From Camelus ferus (lineage: Eukaryota), in NCBI RefSeq assembly GCF_009834535.1, contig NC_045696.1, forward strand, positions 39,248,001 to 39,312,000: DNA of 64,000 bases. Direction: 5' to 3'. The notes beneath the pieces are model-generated. The model searched no databases. It saw nothing but the letters and a program-made list of their open reading frames with translations, and had not been told where the DNA came from. Shown here piece after piece: positions 24,712 to 38,138 of this stretch. Every line of letters starts with the position of its first letter. Position 1 is the stretch's first letter. The position numbers were made by a program, and so were the translations under genes.

Positions 24712-25638
24712 ATGACAGAGGATAACCACTCCTTGACAACAGAGTTTATCCTCACAGGATTCACAGATCACCCAGAGCTGAAGACTCTTCTGGTTCTGGT
24801 GTTCCTTGCCAACTATCTGATCACTATGGTGGGGAATCTCGGCCTGGTGGCATTGATATTTATGGAAAGTCGTCTTCACACACCAATGTACATCTTTCTT
24901 GGTAACCTCGCTTTGATGGATTCCTGCTGTTCCTGTGCCATTACTCCCAAGATGTTACAGAATTTCTTTTCTAAGGACAGAATGATTTCCCTCTATGAAT
25001 GCATGGCACAATTTTACTTTCTCTGTCCTGCTGAAAGCACAGATTCCTTTCTCCTGGCAGCAATGGCCTATGATCGTTTTGTGGCCATATGTAACCCACT
25101 GCAGTACCACACCATGATGTCAAAGAAACTCTGCATTCAGATGACAACAGGGGCCTACATAGCTGGAAACATGCATTCCATGATTCATATAGGCCTTCTA
25201 TTTAGGTTAACGTACTGTGGGCCCCATCAAATCAATCACTTTTTTTGTGATGTTCTTCCATTATACAGACTCTCCTGTGTTGACCCTTATATCAATGAAT
25301 TAATGATATTTATCTTTGGAGGGTCAATTCAAATCTTAACTATTACCATAGTAGTAATCTCTTACCTTTTCATTCTTTACACGATTTTCAAAATGAAATC
25401 CAAAGAAGGAAGAAGGAAAGCCTTATCTACTTGTGCATCCCACTTTCTCTCTGTCTCAATATTCTATGGTTCTCTTCTCTTCATGTACATTCGACCAAAT
25501 TCAGTTAATGAAGATGATAAAGATATACCTGTTGCTATTTTTTATACTTTAGTGATTCCTTTATTGAACCCCTTTATTTACAGTCTAAGAAATAAGGAAG
25601 TAATAAATGTTATGAAAAAAATTATGAAGATGTCATAA
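24712..25638 (+). CDS. OR5K3-like: Olfactory receptor, family 5 subfamily K (intact ORF, 308 aa)
   Basis: Motifs [69 protein letters not shown] and [12 protein letters not shown] match the OR5K3/K4 type. Acceptor ctcaacAG ends at 24700. Confidence 0.93.
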   Translation: MTEDNHSLTTEFILTGFTDHPELKTLLVLVFLANYLITMVGNLGLVALIFMESRLHTPMYIFLGNLALMDSCCSCAITPKMLQNFFSKDRMISLYECMAQFYFLCPAESTDSFLLAAMAYDRFVAICNPLQYHTMMSKKLCIQMTTGAYIAGNMHSMIHIGLLFRLTYCGPHQINHFFCDVLPLYRLSCVDPYINELMIFIFGGSIQILTITIVVISYLFILYTIFKMKSKEGRRKALSTCASHFLSVSIFYGSLLFMYIRPNSVNEDDKDIPVAIFYTLVIPLLNPFIYSLRNKEVINVMKKIMKMS

Positions 25639-26649
25639 TGTTCTGAAACAATTATCATGCTATGTGGACAACTGATTTTGATTTGATTAAAACTCTTTTC
25701 AAAACCAAGGAATAGTGAGAAAGTAGAAAATCGTAACTTGATACATAAAGTAATAAATTATTAACACATGAGTGCTGTATGAGTCAGATAAACAAGTTCA
25801 AAAAGGAGTTATTCTGCTAAAGCATATTTCAAAATCTAAGTTACTAGGTTTCATTAGGGGTGAACTAAATAATTATTCTTGATGTCAAAAATTGTGTCAC
25901 AGTGTAATTAGTTCTACAGTTCTACCCTTTACTATTCATTTCAGAGTACAATGAGTTAACAATTTTCAGCAAATCCAACAAACCCTAGGAATAGAAGTCA
26001 TTATAAACACAGGTTGCCTCCACTTAATATTGTTGGCAAATTTCTGCAATCTGAAGGCATAATCTAACAAATTCTTCTGTATCACAAGTTCTCAAAAATT
26101 AATCCCTTCTTGAGCAACACCATATGACAGAAGTAAACTATATATTTCTATTTGAATCTCAATTTTGAATTTAAGAGATTACATTTGAATATGAATTCAT
26201 GCACAATACATAACTTCTAATCAACAACACTTTCTTCTTTATTGTTAGTTAATTTTCTATCAAGTCCTCTAAAACAGAGTATCTGAGTAATTGGTGATTT
26301 ATTAATCTGTAGTTGAACATGCTGCTACTTATATTGACATTCCTATATATTTGATATTTTCATGTAGTTTCTTTTGTTTGGTAGTCCAGCATATATGACA
26401 GTGTAATTCCTGAAGATTTTAGTTAAATAAAAGTTTTTTTTTTTTCTCTCTGGTATTAGTACTTGAATTCCTTGTTATTAGGAATACCACTAACATAGAC
26501 TGATTTCAGTGAAAAGTATTGATATAAGCATAGCACTAACAAAAAGTTGGAGATGTTGTTCAAACATAAATGAGGCAGAAAATATTGCAAATTACACATA
26601 TATAAACAAAAATATTTATTGATCCTACATGTGCAATTAAGAAAGAAAA

Positions 26650-26850
26650 AAATAATTTACTGAGAACCTATTACCTGTTAGGCACTAGGCTAAACCTTTC
26701 ATATATATTAACTATTAAATAGTTAGACATGATTTTTCATGCTTTTCCTCAGTAAAAATCTCATTCTTTAAAATATTGAGGACCTTGCCCAAGTTTGTCC
26801 AGGTCATCTGGATTGAGCCAGAATTTGAAATAATACTGCATTTTCCCCAC
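26650..26850 (-). mobile_element. MIR SINE remnant
   Basis: aatttactgag..cct.tta..tg..aggcact..gctaa...ctttcatat...cttgcccaag. Confidence 0.5.
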
Positions 26851-27599
26851 ATCCTTGGGAGTTCAGAAAGTGGAGATCCTTGTAGCCTGGGATATTCAGT
26901 CTTAAGAGCATCAGAAGTAAACTGTGCCTTAAAAATGGGAAAAACTTTCTGATATTTGGAGAAAAACAGTAACGGGCATGACCAGAGTCAATGTTTATGG
27001 AAAAGAGTGTGGTACTGGGAGTGGGGGATGATGTAGGTGACCCATGGGACAGAGTCAGAAAGTTGACAAAACTATCAGTGAGAGCTGTTGGTGAATATGG
27101 GAAAAAATGTTAGAAGGGGATCAGGTTACTGAGAATCTTAAACTCCACTCTAAGGAGTCTGAATTTATCTTACAGGAATCAAACACTGAAGTCTTCCTGG
27201 AGCAGAGTAATATGATTGTATCTTTCAGAAACCTGATCTTGCAACTTACTGGAAAGAGACCCGAAGCAAGGAAACTAACTTCAATAATTAATATTTTAGG
27301 TGAAGAGAACTGACACTGGAGAATACTCTAAAAGGAGAGGGGTGCACAGATATGAGCAAAACTTCAGGAAAAAAATAGTAAATTGTCATATTGGATAATA
27401 AAATGAAAACCTATCTTCTTCCAGTGAATTTCAAACATGTCATAACTGATTTCATAGCAGCAACACTTAAGAAGGTGCCTAAGACATTTGGCCATTCAAT
27501 GAATATTACCTTCAATATTATGTTTTTAATATAATTATGGAAGTAAATATATAATAGGCTTACTATTTTTATTTTTGAATTGAGTTGAATAAATTTAGT

Positions 27600-27726
27600 A
27601 TTTCTTGGTTTTAATTTCTAATATTATAAATACTGATAGATATAACCCATACAAACAAAAGCTCTTTAGGGTCCTAACATTTCACCAGCAAAAAGGAATA
27701 CAGATACAAAGTTTTGAGAAGCTCTG
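27600..27726. mobile_element. hAT-Charlie-type DNA transposon end
   Basis: ataacccatacaaacaaaagctctttagggtcct...aaagttttgagaagctctg. Confidence 0.45.
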
Positions 27727-27799
27727 AATTAGATGGATGTTGTACATCCTGTATCCAACACCTATTAGTGGACATTTTTAGTTATCTGACTTGCATGCA

Positions 27800-28271
27800 T
27801 TGATTTAGTTTCCCTCTTCTAAGGATAACACAATTTTTGTTAAGTATTTCTGCACCACCTGCCCCTAAAACTTAGTACCACTGAATCCCAGAAGTCTGTT
27901 ACGGGAATAGTATGTGACTTATTTCAGGCCAATGAGAAGAAGAGGTGATTTTCTGGAAGTTTCTGGGAAGTATGTATCCTTTACTTTAAAAGAGATCCAT
28001 GAAAAAGGTAGCATTTCTCCCTCTAAACCTCATGGTTTGTGGATATGAAATCCAGCACAGCCTACATCCATTTTGCCACCAAGAGGGAAAGTAGCCTGGA
28101 GATGAAGTCAATATACAAAGGAGGGCATAGCTGAGCAACTCATTGGGAAACTGACCCAGAGGCACTGGAATAAACCATTCCTTTGCATAATCCAACAGAC
28201 CTTCTTACTATTTTAGCTTATTTGGAAAAGATGCTTTATTTGCAACTAAATAAATTAAACATAACTGATAT
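27800..28271 (+). mobile_element. MaLR LTR (MLT1J/K-like)
   Basis: tgtgact.atttc.ggccaatgag...ttctgggaag...ccattttgccacc...aataaa.cattcc...tttgcaact...taactgata. Confidence 0.6.
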
Positions 28272-28879
28272 ATTTATGTCCCTTGCCTAATCTTTCATTT
28301 TTATATTCGTTTAAATTATCATTAGGCCTTCTTTAGCTTACAAATAACTTTTCAGCAGTATTCACTTAACTATTCAGCACATCTATTAAGACTTTTACTA
28401 TCCTTACTAAATTTTAACTTCCTATAACCCCACTTATAAAAGTATAAAGGATAGACAGGTTGCATCATTTGTCCAAGGAAATACTAAGGTGGAGATCAGG
28501 AATCAGATCCAGGGTATCTGTCTCCTGAATCCATTTACTTATCCAGTAAGTCATATCATACATAACATAAAGAAGTAAAAGTAGCATGAGAGGATAACTT
28601 CCAAGAAGCTGAGTTGTTAAGTGGGCAGAGAGATAAGGCAAAGATGCAGGAAAGATGTGGATCAATAATATTTTCCTCCAAATTTATTCTGAAAATCTTC
28701 AAACCTATAGAAAAGTGGTAAAAATAATACAATTAATGGGTGTGGGTTTTATTAGCCAAGATTAAACAATTGTTAACATTTTAGCACATTAACCTATGTC
28801 CAAAAGTATATATAATATATTTCCTTCATTTATATGTACAAATATATATGATGACATAAAGATACTTTATGCATTAGTA

Positions 28880-31800
28880 GACACTGACATTCTTGTGGCT
28901 AAAGTAGGGACAAGGGCAGCATCAACAAAGAGTACATTACGTGCTCCAACCCCACCTACCATGCACCACAGCTCAGAAATGAGTCTGGAAGCCTCCATTC
29001 CAACAAAAGGGGAACAGACCTGGCCCCTGTCAGGGCTGTGACAATCACAAAATAAAAACGAGGCCCCGCTCTACAATGAGGGCAAGCTCTGATCACCACA
29101 ATACCAGCCATACTCCCAATCAAAAGGATAGCAGCCAACACACATGGAAGAAAGACGTGGCAACCATTCATACTAAGAACAGCCCTCACAACAAAACTAT
29201 TAGATGTGCACAGTCTACACAGGAACACTCCCACTTTAAATAAAAACAAACAAACAACTAAAACAGCCCTTCAAGACCACAGTAGATAATTGGTACTCCT
29301 AATTCCATAGATCCAGAGAAATATAAGTAAAATGAAGAAGCAGAGGAACTACTCTTAATTAAAAGAACAAGAGAAGTCCCCTGAAAGAATGATCAGTAAA
29401 ATAGACTTCAATAATCTACTAGATCATGACTTCACAAAGGGGATAATGAAAGCACTGCAGAAAATAAGAGATTATTAATAAACCTGCAGAATACTATAAA
29501 AAGGAAATAGTAGCTACAAAGAGGAGCCAGTTAAAAACAGAAAACTCAATGGCTGAGATAAGAGCTGAGCTAAAGGCAGTCTAAAGCAGACTAGATAATG
29601 CAGAGGGATATATAAGTGACTCAGAAGACAGGATAACAGAAATCAACCAATCAGAACAACAGACAGAAATCCAAGTAAAAACTCATGAAAGAAATATAAA
29701 GGACTCTTGGGATAATACAAAGCATCCTGAGCTATGCATAATAGGGGTACCAGAAGGAGAAGAAAGAGAAAAGGGGATTGAAAAGGTATGTGAAGAAATC
29801 ATGACTGAAACCTTCCCAAACCTAAAGAAGGAATCAGATATCCAAGTACAGGAAGCACAGAAGTTCCCCAACAAGAACCCAAATAGACCTACACCAAGAC
29901 ATATTATAATTAAGATGGCCAAAGTTAAAGATAAAGAAATAATTTTAAAGGCAGTAGGAGAAAAACAAAGAGTCAGTTACAAGGGAACCCCCAGAACGTT
30001 TCAGCTGATTTCTCAACACAAACATTGTAGGCCAGAAGGTAGTGGCAAGATACATTCAAAGTCCTGAATGAGTAAAAGCTGCAACCTAGGATAACTCTAT
30101 CCAGCAAGGCTATCTTTTAGAATAGAAGGAGAGATAAAGAATTTCACAGATAAGCAAAAACTAAAATAATGCAGCAATACCAAACCTATTCTAAAAGAAA
30201 TATTGAAAGGTCTACTCAAAATAGAAAAGAAGCAGGATGCTATAGAAAGGAGAAAACTATAATTGGAAATGCAGTAACTATAAGTAGTTGCAATACCATA
30301 AACATAAAGATGTAAAACAGGATATCAAAATCATTAAGAGTGGGAGAGGGGAGCAAGAAAATATGTAGATTTTTTTCCTTTTTTCATTCCTTTTAGGATG
30401 TGTTTGAGCTTATATGACTATCAGTTTAAAGCAAACACATATAGTAATGGGTTAATATACTTGAAAAACAGGGTAACCACAAATCAAAAGCATAAAACAG
30501 TCACAAAAAACCCCAAAAAGAAACCAAGATAATACAAAAGAAAATTATCAAACCACAAAATGAAAAAGAAAGGAACAAAGAGGAAATACCAAATCAACTG
30601 CAAAACTAAGTTCAAAATGGCAATAAACACATCTATCAATAATTACCATAAATGTCAATGGACTAAATGCTCCAATCAAAAGACATAGTGGCAGACTGGA
30701 TAATAAAATAAGAACGCACAAAATGCTGCATACAAGAGACCCATTTTAGGGTGAAGAACACACATAGACTGAAAGTGAGAGGATTGAAAGAGATATTTCA
30801 TGCAAGTGGAAATGACAAGAAAGCAGAAGTAGCAATAGTGATTTCAGACAAAACAGACTTTAAAACAAAGGCCACAAAGAAACATAAAGAAGGACACCAT
30901 ATAATGATTAAAGAAGCAATACAAGATGAGGATATTATACTTGTTAACATGTATGTACCCTATATGGGAGCACCTAAAAATACATAAAGCAAATACTAAC
31001 AGACATAAAGGGAGAAATTGATGGGAACACAGTCACAGTGGGAGACTTTAATACCCCATTAACATCACTGGACAGATCTTCCAGACAGAATCAATAGGGC
31101 AATGGAAATACTAAATGACACAAAAGAACACTTAGACTTGGTTGATACTTTTAGGACATTACATCCTCCCGAAGCAGAATATACAGTCATTTCAAGTGTG
31201 CATGGACATTCTCTAGGATAGATCATATACTAAGGCACAAAAGAAGCCTCAACAAATTTAAGAGGATAGAAATTGTTTCAAGCATCTTTTCCGACCATAA
31301 CACCATGCAACTAGAAATCAACCACAGAAAAAAAACGAAAAAAAAATGACAGCATGAAGATTAAACAACATGCTACTAAAAAACCAATGGGCTGATGATG
31401 AAATCAAAGAAGAAATTAAAAAATACCTTGAGACAAATGACAATGAAAACACAACCACACAAAACCTATGGGATGCAGCAAAAGCAGTCCTAAGAGGGAA
31501 GTTCATAGCAATACAGGCCTTCTCAAAAGACAAGAAGAATCTCAAGTAAACAACCTAACCTATTACCTAACACAATTAGAAAAAGAAGAGCAAACAAAAC
31601 CAACAAAAGGAAAGAAATAATAAAGATCATGGAGAAAATAAATAAAATAGAGCTTAAAAAAATAGAAAAAAATCAAACCAAAAGCTATTTTTTGAAAGAG
31701 TAAACAAAATCAACAAACCTTAGGCCAGGCTCACCAAGAAGAAAAGAGAGAGAACACAAATAAACAAGACAAGAAAAGAAAATGGAGAAATTACAACCAA

Positions 31801-33270
31801 TACCACAGAAATACCAAAAAAAAAAAAAAGAGAAAGAGAGAGAGAAAGAATACTATGAACAACTATATGGAAACAAATTGGACAACCTAGAAGGAAAGGA
31901 CAAGTTTCTGGAAACATACAGTCCACTAAGACTGAACCAAGAAGAAACAGACCACTTGAACAGACCGATAACTAGTAATGAAATAGAATCAGCAAATTAA
32001 AAACCTCCCTACAAAGTCCAGGACCAGATGGCTTCACTGGGGAATTCTACCAAACATACAAAGAAGAATTCATACTGATCCTTCTCAAACACTTCCAAAA
32101 GATTGAAAAGGAAGGAGTACTCCCAAACTCATTCTGTGAAGCCACCATCACCTATATATCAGAACCAGACAAAGATACTACCAAAAAAGAAAATTAGAGG
32201 CCAATAACATTAATGAACATGGATGCAAAAATCCTCAACAAAATATTAACAGAATCCAACGTTACATAAAAAAGATCATACATCATGATCAAGTTGGATT
32301 CATCCCAGGGACACAAGGATGGTTCCACATATGCAAATCAATCAACATGATACACCACATCAACAAGAGAAAGGACAAAAATCACATGATCATCTCAATA
32401 GATGCAGAAAAAGCATTTGATAAAATTCAACATCCATTTATGATAAAAACTCTCACCAAAGTGGATACAGAGGGAACATATCTCAACATCATAAAAACTA
32501 TTTATGACAAACCAACAGCCAGCATAATACTCAACAGTGAAAAACTGAAAGCCTTCCTGCACAAATCTGGAACAAGACCAGGATGCCCACTCTCACCACT
32601 TCTATTCAACATAGTCTTGAAAGTCCTAGCCACACCATCAGGCAAGAGAGAGAAATAAAAGGGATCCAAATTGGAAAAGAAGAGGTAAAACTGTCACTAT
32701 ATGCAGATGACATGGTATTAGATATAGAAGACCCTAAAAGCTCCACACAAAAACTATTAGAGCTGATAAAAGAATTTGGCAAGGTAGCCAGATACAAAAT
32801 TAACACTCAGAAATCAGTTGCATTTCTTTAAATTAACAATAAAATACTAGGAAGAGAAAGTAAAGAAACAATCCCTTTTAAAATTGCATCCAAAACAATA
32901 AAATACTTAGAAATAAATCTGAACAAGGAGGTGAAAGACTTATACATGCAGAACTACAAACCATTGATTAAGGAAATTAAAGATGACAAAGAAATGGATT
33001 GATAACCTATGCTCTTGGATTGGAAGAATCAATATTGTTAAAATAGCCATACTGCCCAAGGTAATCTACAGATTTAATGGGATCCCTATCAAATTACCCA
33101 GAACATTGTTCACAGAACTAGAACAAATAACCCTAGGATTTATATGGAATCATAAAAGACCCAGAATTGCCAAAGCAATATTGAAGAAAAAGAATGAAGC
33201 CAGAGGAATAATCTTCCCAGACTTCACACACTGAAATTGACACATTGTAACCAACTGTACTTCAATAAAA
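28880..33270 (+). mobile_element. Near-full-length inactive L1: partial 5' UTR, ORF1 ~29332-30262, ORF2 from ~30617, internally deleted after ~33228
   Basis: ORF1 peptides (NPNRPTPRHIIIKMAKVKDKE); endonuclease and RT peptides ([39 protein letters not shown]); many stops and frameshifts; short 3' terminus plus A tail. Confidence 0.93.
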
Positions 33271-34429
33271 AAATGGGCAAAAATCTTACAGACACTTCAC
33301 TAAACTAGATATACATATGTCAAATGAGGACACAAAAATATACTCAATATAATTTGTCACTGGGGAAATGCAGATGAAGACCACTATGTGATACCATGTG
33401 ATATCACCTATTAAAACGACTAAAACTGAAAACACTAATCATACTGAAAGCAGCAATGCAGATCTTCATATTCATATATAGGTAACAAAATTAGATAAAA
33501 GATAATTACAGAAAATTTAAGGGGACACTAAATTTAAGTCAAGTTTGGGCTATGTTGAAGCTACTCATGCACATTATGCTGATGACTCCGCCCTTCTGCT
33601 GAGTTGCCACAATGACTTCTCTTTGGTCTATGGTGATTTTTTTTTTCATGCTTTTTTTAGCTTTCACTAGCACAATTCTAAGGACACAGGATAAGCGATT
33701 AATGAGTCTATCAAAGTCTATGTCTTGTGCTTTCTCCCAGCTGACAATCTAATCCCAAGCAGAGGTTATATATTTTTGAGTTTTCAGACATCAAAACCAA
33801 AACATTAACATTTTCATATAATACTATTTTGACACAAATAATGTCATTGTTTTTCTAAATGAATGATCAATGGTAACTTCTCAATTAATAATTAAAGTCA
33901 AATCTGAACATGTGAGCAGCATGTTCAAAATCTCTCAATAGTTTTCCTTTAAGATGGGGTAAAGAACAAAGCCCCTGACCTAGCCTCCAGATCCTATGTG
34001 ATCCCACCCATGTCAGTCTTCCTTGTCCATTCTGGCTTCTATGCTTCTCTTTGAATGCCAGCTACAATTGCCTTTTTTGTTTTGTTTTGTTTCTGTAATG
34101 ATCTACTACTCTGATCAGGTAAACCTGCAAATGAAGGGAGACCCTGAGGATGGCAAATGTCCAGATGCATCACATTGTTAGAAATGAAGACCCTCAGGAC
34201 TCATCCCTGACCTACTGAAACAGAATCTGCATTTTAAGAAAATCTCCAAGAGATTCACAGAAACTCAAGTTTGAGAAGGACTGATCTAGACCACCTTCCA
34301 CTGGGGTCTTTCCTTTTGTTTTTCCTTTGTTCCTCTCCCTGACCTATGTCTAATAAGATTTCTCATCAATTTTCATTGTAAATGGGGAGTTAGGTATAGG
34401 TCTGGATGTGAGCCAGTTTCCACGAGGAG

Positions 34430-34815
34430 GACAACTTTCTTGGAGCTGGATCCTGTAGGAAATCTAGAACTTTGACCTTATTAAAATCATGTGTGATTAG
34501 GTAAGCCAGACCAAACTGATCAGAGGACTCAGAGTATCAAAATTCACAGATAAACTGGAGTTTGCATAAAATATAAGGAATGTCATCTGTGCTGGAAAAG
34601 TAGTGCCACTTCAATTGTTAAAACTGGAACTGTCCACAATGACTTGATGTTTATGATTTCAGAGTCTGGAATGCCCTGTGGGACAGCCTGGATTCCTCAC
34701 ACATGTCCAAGTGCATAACGCCCAGTAGAAAAGCTTAGGTTTGTACTAAAGGGAATCCTTGGGCTCCATCAGGGGAATTTTAGTACTTCACTCCTTCCTC
34801 CCATGGCAAAAGCAC
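34430..34815 (+). promoter_or_regulatory. Putative promoter block of OR5H unit C
   Basis: Homologous to 820-1210, for example ggattcctcacacatgtcc...cccagtagaaaag...aagggaatccttgggctc...tcaggggaatttt. Confidence 0.5.
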
Positions 34816-34974
34816 ACAGTTGTACAGTTGGTTGACTCTTGTATTCAAAACAAATTCATATAAACAAAATTTTCCTGAGTTTGGAAGATAAAGCTTCCAA
34901 AATGAATCAGTGTGCAAAATATTGCTGCCTCTGTTATTGTCATTCCAGCACTCTTGTACTCTTTTCTACTTCAG

Positions 34975-35017
34975 AAAGCTGCGCACTGAAAGGATCTCAA
35001 CAATTTAACAGATATTG
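34975..35017 (+). other. Predicted 5' UTR micro-exon of OR5H unit C (43 nt)
   Basis: Acceptor ttttctacttcAG| and donor G|GTGAGA, homologous to 1367-1414. Confidence 0.55.
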
Positions 35018-38000
35018 GTGAGAGAAAAATCACTTTTATAACTTCCATTATATTTTATAAAAAGTTAAAATAATGCTAAATTTAATAATTTTGATTTGGT
35101 TTACAAGATACCAAAATAGCCAGTTGAAAATGGAAAACAAATAGTGAATTATCTATAATAATTTATTATTGTAAGTAAAATCTGGATAAGCAAAATAGCT
35201 CTAACACTACATTGTTACCTTTAATGATATGTAATTATCTTTTCAGAATAATTATAATGACTCCATAGAATAAGTTTCTGTGAACTAGGACGTTAAACAA
35301 ATTAAAAGCGGGTTTACGGATTTAGGTCATAATGTTTCCTGTATAAGAAATCTTTCTGATAATTGTGTTCAAAATACTTATTCCACTTAATTAACTACAT
35401 CCTCTGATTAAATTTTAAGTTAAATCACTTAAATGGTAACCTCTCCACTTTTCACCCACTTCTGACAATAATTTCATTGAAAAAAATATAATGGAAAAAT
35501 CCACAAAATGTTTTTCCAGTGCTATTTTCAATTTTATGACTTAATAAGTGCCCATACACTGAATTGAAACTTTTGAATATTTAGTCATTTGGGATGCATG
35601 GAAGAAAATCCATTCCAAATAAATGTTCATTTAACAAAATCAGTTATTGGCAAGTTATTCATATTGCCTGTATTAAGTGCCAGTCTTTGGCTCAGTTTTT
35701 TTCTGCTAACAAAACTGGTGGAGAAGCAAAAGCTGTCAAGAAAACATAGCAGGATTTCTAGGGAATGTCTGCTGTAATCACAGTGATAAAGATTCTAGCA
35801 GTGGCAGCATATTTATTAATACAAATTTATAAAGTATAATTAAAGTGAAAGTCTCTATTCCATACACAAATTCCATAGGAATATAAACTTGGGATTTTGA
35901 ATAAAAGTAAAAGAAATGATTCCCAGTGCTGACAACTTTTAATGAAAACCAGAGTTAAGACAAATATTTAAGGCCTACCTCAAGCCTTTCCCTTTATTCA
36001 TCTTCAGCCTTTGTCTGATACTTTCTCTCTGCCTCTTTATTGCTTTGTGTTTCCTTATCCATCTATGCCCCTTCTTGTCTTCTTGCTTCTTTTCACTCAG
36101 GCAAATTTCCCTTTCCATGCCTTTATCCTGTTTCCTCCCACTCTTTTGAAAGCCTTCATGACGTTTTTCCTCAAGACAAGAAATTCACATGTGTCTCCAC
36201 ATCTTGGCTGCCCTTTCATCCTCCTCACTGCCGTGCCACTTGCTCCCCATTCATTTCTCGTTATTCTCCGACTTCAACTCTATCATAAAATGGAAACTGC
36301 TCAAACTAAAGCCACTACAAATCTCTTAAATCCTACATGCAGTGGTCTCTGTTCACTGTTTATCCTACCAAAGCATTTATTTTGCTTTAGGAACTGTACT
36401 TTCCTTTGTCATTCATGACTGTTTTCCACCCTTACAGTCCTCAACACTCAACTTCCAATTCCCAACTGCTTCTCTGGTCACTCTGCTCAGTAGCCTTTTC
36501 TGGTCTTTCCTTTTCTCTTTTTGTGGGAGCCAGTGTTCCTTGTTGCAAGGCAAAGTGAGTTAACTGAATAGACAGTGGCTATAACAAATAAGTGCTAGGG
36601 AAGCTGGAGAAATCCACTGGAGAAATGGGCAGGAACACAGAGAAAGAAGAGACAGTAGACAGCCAAAATCGTGTCCCAGCTCTAGCTCAGTAAGAGCTGC
36701 CGCCATTGCTGCTGAACTAAATGCCACAACTCACACTGACAATGCCACTGTTGTGGGCACAGGACACATTTTGGTATCATGATATTGCTCCTTTGGTTGA
36801 TTTGCAACCAAAAATCTCTTTTTCCACATTTGAACCCTTTCTCCCTTCTTCATATTCCAAATTCAGTGTAGGTGAGTTTGAGTGGATAACCTTAGTTAGC
36901 CTACTTCCCTCATTCCAGGTTCAAGAGGAATGGGAAACAGTTTTTAGAATTTTGGCTTCCAGAGTGAATGACATTTTGTCTACCACCCAGAATTGTGTGG
37001 CAGTAAAGAGTATCAGATATTTTCCATCTAATAAATGATGGATACTCATTTTAATTTAATACAACTCCCTCACATTTATCCTCACTACTTTCTTCTTTTT
37101 ACCTTATTCACATTGTCCACTGGAGAGGTCATACATTCTATGCTTTCAGCCACCTCACTGATGTCAAAGTCATTATTCTATTAAGCTCTTGTAGAATCAT
37201 ACTGCTAAGTTTATGCCACTTTGATGTTCAGGAATGTTCCTTGCAAAAACTGGTCACTGCATCTGAGTTTTCAATCTCAATTTCTGATGATCATCTACCC
37301 AGACATCAAGCAACTCTTTCACCTTTACTAACCAATCCTTCACATCTAATATATCTCCAAGTCTTAGTGACTCTACATTCTGATTTATTTTGATCTATCT
37401 CTTTTCTTCCTCAAAACTCCCAATGTCATATCACACATGAACTAAGAACTTCACATATATTTTAATCACCTGGGAAGCAACATATTACTAGATGCCATTT
37501 ATGACCTACTGAATAAATTTCTAAAGTAATATCCAAGATCTTATATTTTATACCAAAACTCCTCCAGATAATTCTGATGTGTAACATGGTTTGGGAATCG
37601 CTGGACAAAAGCTCAGCTTCCTGATGAGTATTTCTGACACCAGGTTCTTCATTCTGCAGCTTATTTTCTAAAATCAACTATTTATTTATTTTTTTAAAGT
37701 GGTGATGCTGCTCCCTGTCTTAACAGTTTTCAGCGTTTTCTTACTAGTTTGAAGAACAAAATTTAAGGTCTTTTATATGGCACTAAAAAATACTATAATC
37801 CAGGCGCTTCTAACATCTTTACTTTTGATGCCGCAACCATAACCTAAACACAAGATTACCTCATTTAATAGTTTCCCCATAAACTTGATCATGTTCAGAA
37901 TGTCTTTCTTCTCTTCATTCCTGTACATATTTTGAAATAAAATAATTGTACATTTCCAATATGACAATTTCCACAAATACTTTTTTATGTATTTTAGTAA

Positions 38001-38138
38001 GAGGAAGTAAAACAAAGGGAATTTAGGCTAGTGTATGGTTTTATTTCAATTACATTCACCAAATTCTTTTTTTAAATTCTTGATGGCTGTCCATTTTACG
38101 TTTACTGCATTTTATTTCAGAGGCCAGCGATTAAGGAA

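Noticed and set aside
24694..24879. Antisense ORFs overlapping OR coding regions (also 38112-38515)
   Set aside because: Short shadow frames of the OR coding sequence with no independent support.
28880..33270. Active L1 or a novel reverse-transcriptase system
   Set aside because: Ordinary L1 ORF1/ORF2 with multiple stops, frameshifts and an internal deletion.
36011..37038. Several 70-135 aa ORFs upstream of unit C
   Set aside because: They lie in pyrimidine-rich, L2- and MaLR-derived intronic sequence, and equivalent ORFs are not present in the paralogous units.
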